DNA of 32,000 nucleotides, taken from the NCBI RefSeq assembly GCF_018398935.1, contig NZ_CP074694.1, forward strand, positions 4,170,001-4,202,000, written 5' to 3'. How positions within the stretch are numbered: the first letter of the stretch is position 1; each line of letters begins with the position of its first letter. This DNA comes from Telmatocola sphagniphila. GTDB lineage: Bacteria > Planctomycetota > Planctomycetia > Gemmatales > Gemmataceae. Made by a program: the position numbers and the translations under genes. Of the stretch, positions 23,745 through 30,275 are shown one piece after another. The notes beneath the pieces are model-generated. The model was not told the DNA's origin, made no database searches, and saw only the letters and a list, made by a program, of their open reading frames with translations.

Positions 23745-26006
23745 GTGAAACGCCTGCTTCTTATATTGCTGCTCATCATCACCCCGCCTGCCTCGGCACA
23801 ATCAACCGCACCCCTGGAAAAAATTCGAACGACCGTGGAGGCCGCGATTGCTCGGGGAGAGCTACCGGGCGCCGTTGTTCTCGTAAATCGTAACTCGAAA
23901 ACCCTTTACTTTCAGGCCATCGGACAGCGAGCGATAGCCCCCAAGCCGGAAGCGATGACTCCGGACACAATTTTTGACCTCGCTTCGCTCACCAAACCGA
24001 TTGCGACCGCAGCTTGTATCTGGAAACTGGTCGAGGAGGGTAAACTCAAAGTTACCGATCGGGTCAGCCAGTACTGGCCCGAATTCACCGGGGCCGGAAA
24101 AGAAAAAATCACTATCGATCAACTGCTTCTGCACACCAGCGGCTTAATGGCCGACAATGCTTTGAGCGATTATCAGAGTGGAAAAGAGTCGGCCTTCAAG
24201 AAGATCTGCAAGCTTCCCGTGGAAGCGGAACCGGGCGTTCGATTCAAATACAGCGATGTCGGCTATATCGTGCTCGGGCATCTCGTAGAACGCGTTTCGG
24301 GCACGTCGTTAAATGACTTTGCCACGAAAAATATTTTTGCGCCTCTCGGCCTCAAAGATACCCGCTATCTTCCGGAGGCGGAGAAGAAAAATCGAATCGC
24401 CCCGACGGGTAAACGCGATGGCCAAATCCTCCGGGGAGTCGTGCATGATCCGCGAGCGCATGCCCTGGAAGGAGTGGCGGGACACGCCGGCCTGTTCGCT
24501 CCAGCCGAAGATTTATTGCGTTACGCCCAGATGCTGTTACAAGAAGGCGAGCTGAAGGGTCTTCGCATCTTTAAACCCGAAACGGTCAAACAAATGCTCG
24601 AACCGGCGGCTATTCCCGGCGGTTTTCGCTCCCGAGGATGGGACGTCGACACCGCTTACACGGCCCAGGCCGGCACTCTGTTCAATAGAAGAAAAGGGTT
24701 CGGGCACACGGGATTCACCGGAACTTCCCTCTGGGTGGACCGCGAAACCAAAACCATCATTCTGATTCTCACCAATCGGGTTCACCCTGATGACAAGGGA
24801 AATGTTACCCCTTTGCGCCGGGCTATCGCAAACCTCGTCGCGGAAGATATTGGTTTGTCAGCGCCGGAAGAAAACGTAGCCACGGGAATTGATGTGCTCC
24901 AAGCGGCCAAGTTCGATCTGCTTCAGGGGAAGCGGATCGGTCTAGTCACCAATCAAACGGGTGTGGATCGCCTGGGGAATTCTACGATTGACATTTTGCA
25001 TCAGGCCCCCGGCGTGAAACTCATAGCCCTATTCAGCCCGGAGCATGGCATCCGCGGGGCTCTCGATCAGGCCAATATCGGTGATACGATCGATGAAAAA
25101 ACAAAGCTGCCCATTTACTCGCTCTATGCCGGCAAACGGCGGAAACCGACAGCGGATATGTTGAAGGACATCGATCTGGTTGTCTATGACATCCAGGATA
25201 TCGGCTGCCGATTTTACACTTACGTCAGCACTTTAGGAAACGTGCTGGAGGCCGCGCATGAGAATGGTAAAGGAGTAGTCGTTCTGGATCGGCCGAATCC
25301 CATCGGCGGCGTATTGGTTCAAGGTCCCGTTCGCGATGCCAGCCGGGATTCCTTTGTGGCCTATCATACATTGCCGGTTCGCCATGGCATGACCATCGGA
25401 GAACTCGCTCAGATACTCAATGAGGAGCGCGGCTGGCGGGTTCCCTTGCAGATTGTGAAACTAAAAAATTCGAAGCGCGGCGACACTTTCGATCGGACCG
25501 GATTGCGATGGGTCAACCCGTCGCCGAATATGCGCAGCCTGACCGCCGCCTTACTTTATCCGGGCATCGGCTTGTTGGAGACCACCAATCTCAGCGTCGG
25601 CAGAGGTACCGATCGACCATTCGAATGGGTCGGCGCCCCCTACATCGATGGTAAGCGTCTGGCGGCTGAGCTCAAAAAAGCTCGACTTCCGGGAGTTTCC
25701 TTCGTTCCGACTAATCTCACACCGAGTAGCAGCAAATTCGAAAAAGAAATCTGCGGCGGCGTTTCGATTTTGATAACCGACTGGGAAACCTTCGATCCAC
25801 TGAAAACGGGTTTTGCCTTCATGCTCAGTTTGAGGAAACTTTATCCGGAGGCCTGGTCCATTAAAAATCTGGATACGCTACTCGTTCATAAAACGACCAT
25901 CGAGGCCATTCAGAAAGGTACCGATCTAGACAGTATGATGAAAGCCTACGAGCCCGAATTGAAGACGTTTCTCGATCGTCGCAAGCGCTTCTTGCTTTAT
26001 CCCTGA
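23745..26006 (+). CDS. secreted bifunctional fusion: beta-lactamase-fold serine hydrolase (AmiE/class C-like) plus DUF1343/NamZ-type exo-beta-N-acetylmuramidase domain
   Basis: 753 aa with a GTG start directly at signal peptide 'MKRLLLILLLIITPPASA/QS'. N-domain (aa 1 to about 365): SxxK 'SLTK' (S81, nt 23985..23996), 'YSD', 'HTGFTGTSLWVD'. C-domain (aa about 379-753): 'GIDVLQAAKFDLLQGKRIGLVTNQTGVD...LFSPEHGIRG', 'VYDIQDIGCRFYTY', 'VLDRPNP', 'NPSPNM'. Confidence 0.85.
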   Translation: MKRLLLILLLIITPPASAQSTAPLEKIRTTVEAAIARGELPGAVVLVNRNSKTLYFQAIGQRAIAPKPEAMTPDTIFDLASLTKPIATAACIWKLVEEGKLKVTDRVSQYWPEFTGAGKEKITIDQLLLHTSGLMADNALSDYQSGKESAFKKICKLPVEAEPGVRFKYSDVGYIVLGHLVERVSGTSLNDFATKNIFAPLGLKDTRYLPEAEKKNRIAPTGKRDGQILRGVVHDPRAHALEGVAGHAGLFAPAEDLLRYAQMLLQEGELKGLRIFKPETVKQMLEPAAIPGGFRSRGWDVDTAYTAQAGTLFNRRKGFGHTGFTGTSLWVDRETKTIILILTNRVHPDDKGNVTPLRRAIANLVAEDIGLSAPEENVATGIDVLQAAKFDLLQGKRIGLVTNQTGVDRLGNSTIDILHQAPGVKLIALFSPEHGIRGALDQANIGDTIDEKTKLPIYSLYAGKRRKPTADMLKDIDLVVYDIQDIGCRFYTYVSTLGNVLEAAHENGKGVVVLDRPNPIGGVLVQGPVRDASRDSFVAYHTLPVRHGMTIGELAQILNEERGWRVPLQIVKLKNSKRGDTFDRTGLRWVNPSPNMRSLTAALLYPGIGLLETTNLSVGRGTDRPFEWVGAPYIDGKRLAAELKKARLPGVSFVPTNLTPSSSKFEKEICGGVSILITDWETFDPLKTGFAFMLSLRKLYPEAWSIKNLDTLLVHKTTIEAIQKGTDLDSMMKAYEPELKTFLDRRKRFLLYP

Positions 26007-26022
26007 TATCTGAAACTTCAAA

Positions 26023-26973
26023 ATGACTACCAATCTATCCTGTTTCCAGCATCGCTACCTGAATCACATCGCGCGCACTCCGCTGGTACCAATTCAGCTT
26101 TACGACGATCAACCGGCGATCTGGTGCAAGCTGGAATTTCTGAATCCGAGTGGTTCCACCAAGGATCGTATTGCTCGATACATTCTGGAAAAGGCTTGGC
26201 GACAGGGTAAACTCACGCCTTCCAGTACCGTGATTGAAGCTTCGAGCGGATCGACAAGTATCGCTTTTGCTCTAGCCTGCGCCCAATTCGGCGTTCGCTT
26301 TATTGCGGTAATGCCTGAAGGAGTGAGCAACGAACGTGTGCTGATCATTCGCGCCTATGGCGGCGAAGTCCGCTTCACTCCGAAGTCGGAAGGTGTGCGC
26401 GGTTCGATCGCGGAAACCGAACGGCTCGCTAAAGACGGGAACATCTTTTTACCCCGACAGTTCGCCAACCCGGATAACGCGGAAGCTCACCGGCTGAACA
26501 CTGCCCGGGAAGTCATCGATCAAATCCCCGGAGGAACCGTGGATGCCGTAGTGAGCGGTGTGGGCACCGGCGGCACACTTGTCGGCATGTATCAGGGGCT
26601 GGTTGAAAGTGGTTGCGAGGTGGTTCCCGCCCTGGCGAGACCCGTGAACATACTGAGCACGCCCGAAGTTGAATGTTACAGTTTCAGCAGTCGAATCCCG
26701 GGAGTGGTCGACAGTCTTTCCCAAATATTTCGGGAGGCCGATCTTCCCAATTTGCTGACGATCGACGTTCCAGACGAAGAAGCCCTTCACACCACGCAAC
26801 TCCTGATGAAAAAAGGGTTTCCGGTCGGGCCCAGTTCCGGTCTGAATTACGCCGCCAGCTTGGCCCTGGCGAAAAAACTCCAGCTTCAGAATCCTCAGAT
26901 TGTAACTGTATTTCCGGATCGCATGGAACGCTATTTCACTACCGAACTGTTTCAGAAGATGCTGTCAAGTTAG
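26023..26973 (+). CDS. cysteine synthase family (fold-type II PLP) paralogue with non-canonical substrate loop
   Basis: 316 aa. PLP Lys in 'NPSGSTKDR' (K47). 'SGVGTGGTLVG'. 'GPSSGLNY'. The asparagine loop reads 'SSGSTS' (aa 74-79, nt 26242..26259) instead of T/S-S-G-N-T-G. There is a 16-nt gap to the upstream fusion gene. Confidence 0.8.
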   Translation: MTTNLSCFQHRYLNHIARTPLVPIQLYDDQPAIWCKLEFLNPSGSTKDRIARYILEKAWRQGKLTPSSTVIEASSGSTSIAFALACAQFGVRFIAVMPEGVSNERVLIIRAYGGEVRFTPKSEGVRGSIAETERLAKDGNIFLPRQFANPDNAEAHRLNTAREVIDQIPGGTVDAVVSGVGTGGTLVGMYQGLVESGCEVVPALARPVNILSTPEVECYSFSSRIPGVVDSLSQIFREADLPNLLTIDVPDEEALHTTQLLMKKGFPVGPSSGLNYAASLALAKKLQLQNPQIVTVFPDRMERYFTTELFQKMLSS

Positions 26974-27061
26974 GTAATTCTCGCATCGAATTGACCTTGT
27001 GTGCTTCGGTCAAGCCGGTTAGAAGCCCCGAGGAGTTTCAGGATCTCCAGAGGGTGAGCCG

Positions 27062-28159
27062 ATGCGACTGACAGCACTCGCAGGATTACTGGTCGCCAGC
27101 ACCGCGCTACAAGCGCAGAGTTCGTCTACGCCCCCTTCGGTGGGCGAAACGAGAGTCGTCGGCATCCACACCGTTGACGGCCTCCAGGCGGCTCCTCTAA
27201 AAGATTTAACTCCGCCCAGCTGGCCAGCAGTTCCCACATTGCCGGATGCCCAGAAAGATTTGATCCCGCCTCCCGAAACGAAACGGGAAGCGGATAAAGG
27301 GTTCTACGGCGATGCGGCCATACTCTTCTGGCAGCCCCAGCGGCAGGGGCTCGATTTCGCGCTGGTCGATCCGAACAACGACGGTATCCCCGAAGGCAAA
27401 GTTAAATCGCTCAAGTACGAAATGAAAGTCGGCTTCCGCACGGATCTCGGCTATCAATTCAGTAACGGCTGGGATGTTTCGGCAGGGTATACCTACTACC
27501 GAACTTCGACACAGGATACGGCGTATGCACCGGATGGTGGTTTGATCTACACTACCTTCGGCCGCCCAAGTCTCGTCGATCAGGCCAACACCGCCGTCAG
27601 CCGTGCAAAGCTCGACTACGACGTCTACGATCTGACCTTCGGTAAGAAATTGCATGTGGAAGACGATGTGACGCTGAGATTATTCGGCGGCGTTCGTTTT
27701 GCGAACATCAACCAGAAGCAAGATACCCTTTACAACGGCCTGTTTGCCGATAACGCGGCATTCGAAAATAAAAATTCCTTCTCCGGAGCCGGCCCAATCC
27801 TCGGGATGGAATTCCAAGGGGAGATTTACAAGCACTTCAGTCTGTTCGGCAAAATCAGCGGCGGCATGATTCTCGGCAACCAGAAAGCTTCGCTGTTTGG
27901 AACGAATAATTCTGGCTTAACGCCCGACGATAGCTTTGAGAACAACTATCGGCAGAACGTGCCCGTGTTAAACCTGGGACTGGGAGCTCAGTGGGAATAT
28001 CACGGTTTCAGCGTGCGATTGGGATATGAAGTTTCCAACTGGTTCAACTTGGTCAACAAACCGCAGTACACCGGGGAATTGGCCGAGGGACGTTACACCT
28101 ATACCAGCAGCGACTTGACCGTGGATGGCTTCAGCGTCCAATTCGGCATTCGATTCTAG
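27062..28159 (+). CDS. outer-membrane beta-barrel porin, Legionella MOMP/Lpg1974-like
   Basis: 365 aa. Signal peptide 'MRLTALAGLLVASTALQA/QS'. Alternating beta-strand pattern, 'AAILFWQPQRQGLDFA', 'LRLFGGVRFANI', 'FSGAGPILGMEF'. C-terminal 'VQFGIRF' ends in Phe as in OMP targeting signals. Confidence 0.6.
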   Translation: MRLTALAGLLVASTALQAQSSSTPPSVGETRVVGIHTVDGLQAAPLKDLTPPSWPAVPTLPDAQKDLIPPPETKREADKGFYGDAAILFWQPQRQGLDFALVDPNNDGIPEGKVKSLKYEMKVGFRTDLGYQFSNGWDVSAGYTYYRTSTQDTAYAPDGGLIYTTFGRPSLVDQANTAVSRAKLDYDVYDLTFGKKLHVEDDVTLRLFGGVRFANINQKQDTLYNGLFADNAAFENKNSFSGAGPILGMEFQGEIYKHFSLFGKISGGMILGNQKASLFGTNNSGLTPDDSFENNYRQNVPVLNLGLGAQWEYHGFSVRLGYEVSNWFNLVNKPQYTGELAEGRYTYTSSDLTVDGFSVQFGIRF

Positions 28160-30067
28160 TTATTTGACATCCATCGAAATCGTGCCGTCCCAATCCTTAT
28201 CGGGCTGGCCGATTTTATCCATGTATTCGAGAAGGATCTGCAACGACTTCTCTTCTTTGATGTTGCCGCGCCGCTTGTACTGCTCGAAATGCCGGCGAGC
28301 ATTCTCCCAGTCGCGGCTTAAAAAACACTTCAATCCCGTACGCCAGATATCGAAGAGCGGTTGACCCCGATCGATAGGATTCCCCATGATCGGGACTAGT
28401 TCACTGACCAGCGACGACTTGCTCATCCCCATCGGTCGAATACGGGCCAGGGGTCGAAGATACCAGGTGTTCTGTCGGCGATTTTCGAGGACTTTTGAGA
28501 TACTTTCATCCACCAGGATCTTCACGCCGAAATGCTTGGTTAAGGATTCCAGGCGCGAAGCCAGGTTGACAACCGGTCCGAAGACATCCAGCTTGCACTG
28601 TTCCCACACACCCAATTTCCCGGCCACCGCCGGTCCGTGGGCGATGCCGATACCGCACTGATAAATGCCTTTGCGTTTCTCCTGCATTTTCGCAAACTCT
28701 TTGTGAATGCGCAAAGCCGCGGTCACGGCCCGTTCAATCTGGTTCTCCGGCGCGTCCGATTCGAGTTGCGGCCAACCCCAGAAACCCATTACGGCGTCGC
28801 CCTGCAAATCGCCGATAACCCCCTCTTCGTCGGTGATAGCTCCGGACATAATCTCCAGAACGTCGCTGATGTGATTCCACGAGGACAGCAAATCCGCTTC
28901 CCCGGCCTCCGCAAGACCACAGGAACCGCGCAAATCGCAGAAGATCACCGTCACTGGAGCCAGCTTCGGCTCCAGTAACTGATCCATGTTGCCCTGATGC
29001 ATCAGATTGACCATGCGCCGGGGCAAAAAGCGGTGGTACAGCGCCATGTCCCTTTCCATTCGCCGCATATCCTGGGTCGATTTGTACAACTCGGCAACCA
29101 GATCGATGAACTTCTGGCTATCGCGCAGCACCGGATCTTTAGGCAGGGTCGATTTCGTCACATTACTCGGGACGCTGCCAGCCACATAAAGGGCAACCTG
29201 CATACCTTCATAAGGTCTCAGTGGGGTACACATCGCCCAATCCTGATCAGGAGCAACCGTCGTCTGCAACTGCACGGCTGATTCTGTCAGACACTCCCAG
29301 ACATAAAAGACACTGTCGTAGCTTTGCTGCAAGGCCCGGCGGACGAGTTGGTTGGAAGGCTTGAACTCCGTGCTAGAATTGCCGCGCTGTTTTAAATAGC
29401 GAATACTTGGCCGGGCCTTTGGGTCGTCGAGATTCAGGGTGACGATGGCCGCCGCATCCGCCCGCGGCACACCTCGGAATACGGCATCCAGGGTCCGCTG
29501 CATCAGCTGCTCGATATCAGGCGCGGCAATCATTTCCGGAATTTCGGTCAGCGCCTGCATAGGCGATAACGGATCTTTGAATGCATTTCGCCGCAATTCC
29601 ACTCGCTGAATGGTCATGTCCAGCGAAGGTGCCTCGGGGGCAAATGAAGCCGGTTCGGTCATGCACAGCGTAAACTGCGTGCGACCGATGATGAAAGCCT
29701 CTCCGGCACCGAGTACAAATGAGTCCCCGGGCTCTATCGCGATGGGAAGTTGAGTGGGATGCTTTTTATAAAAAATGGGGTTTTTAGCTTTTTCGAGTCT
29801 CCGAACCGTTAATGTAGGGGCCGACCAATGCAACTCGGCATGTACACCCGATATCTCGCCGTCCTCGGGCACTGCCCAATCCGAGCGATTCTCCGGCGGC
29901 CGAGACAAATCGTGCTTGGGGCAACGTCCTAAGGTTACTTTCATCTCCTGTTTGTCGAAGATTTTTCGCCAAAGACTGCTTTGCTTGCTGTGCTGATCGA
30001 AAAAGGCAGCTTCCAATTCGGCCATAACGCGAAGTTTCCCGGTTGCATGGGATTCCGACTTTGGCAT
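28160..30067 (-). CDS. class III adenylate/guanylate cyclase with N-terminal FHA domain and central GAF-like domain
   Basis: 635 aa. FHA-like aa about 43-135 ('VTLGRCPKHD...ISGVHAEL...TVRRLEKAKNPIFY'). GAF-like aa about 175-335 (weak call). Cyclase aa about 370-560 ('VTVIFCDLRGS', 'GDAVMGFWG', 'IGIAHGPAVAGKLG', 'DVFGPVVNLASRLES'). Confidence 0.85.
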   Translation of the reverse strand: MPKSESHATGKLRVMAELEAAFFDQHSKQSSLWRKIFDKQEMKVTLGRCPKHDLSRPPENRSDWAVPEDGEISGVHAELHWSAPTLTVRRLEKAKNPIFYKKHPTQLPIAIEPGDSFVLGAGEAFIIGRTQFTLCMTEPASFAPEAPSLDMTIQRVELRRNAFKDPLSPMQALTEIPEMIAAPDIEQLMQRTLDAVFRGVPRADAAAIVTLNLDDPKARPSIRYLKQRGNSSTEFKPSNQLVRRALQQSYDSVFYVWECLTESAVQLQTTVAPDQDWAMCTPLRPYEGMQVALYVAGSVPSNVTKSTLPKDPVLRDSQKFIDLVAELYKSTQDMRRMERDMALYHRFLPRRMVNLMHQGNMDQLLEPKLAPVTVIFCDLRGSCGLAEAGEADLLSSWNHISDVLEIMSGAITDEEGVIGDLQGDAVMGFWGWPQLESDAPENQIERAVTAALRIHKEFAKMQEKRKGIYQCGIGIAHGPAVAGKLGVWEQCKLDVFGPVVNLASRLESLTKHFGVKILVDESISKVLENRRQNTWYLRPLARIRPMGMSKSSLVSELVPIMGNPIDRGQPLFDIWRTGLKCFLSRDWENARRHFEQYKRRGNIKEEKSLQILLEYMDKIGQPDKDWDGTISMDVK

Positions 30068-30275
30068 TTTATGAGGGCGGGGGTGGGAAACATACCCATA
30101 GACGGAATCGAGTGGCGCGACTCATAACGTCGATTTGAATTTGACCTGTTTAATGAGAAGATTTTACCTATTTTAACGCCACATTTGTCCCAAGCTTCTT
30201 ATTTCTGATATTCGATTCAACTTGCGCAGTCGATCCCTTCTGTATATTCGTCTAATTGATTGCGGGAGCCTGGCT

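Noticed and set aside
23745-24850. Beta-lactamase-fold domain as an antibiotic-resistance beta-lactamase.
   Set aside because: 'YSD' replaces YxN and 'HTG' replaces KTG. Together with the fusion to a NamZ/DUF1343 domain, this points to the broad serine-hydrolase/AmiE-like group rather than a class C beta-lactamase. I make no resistance claim.
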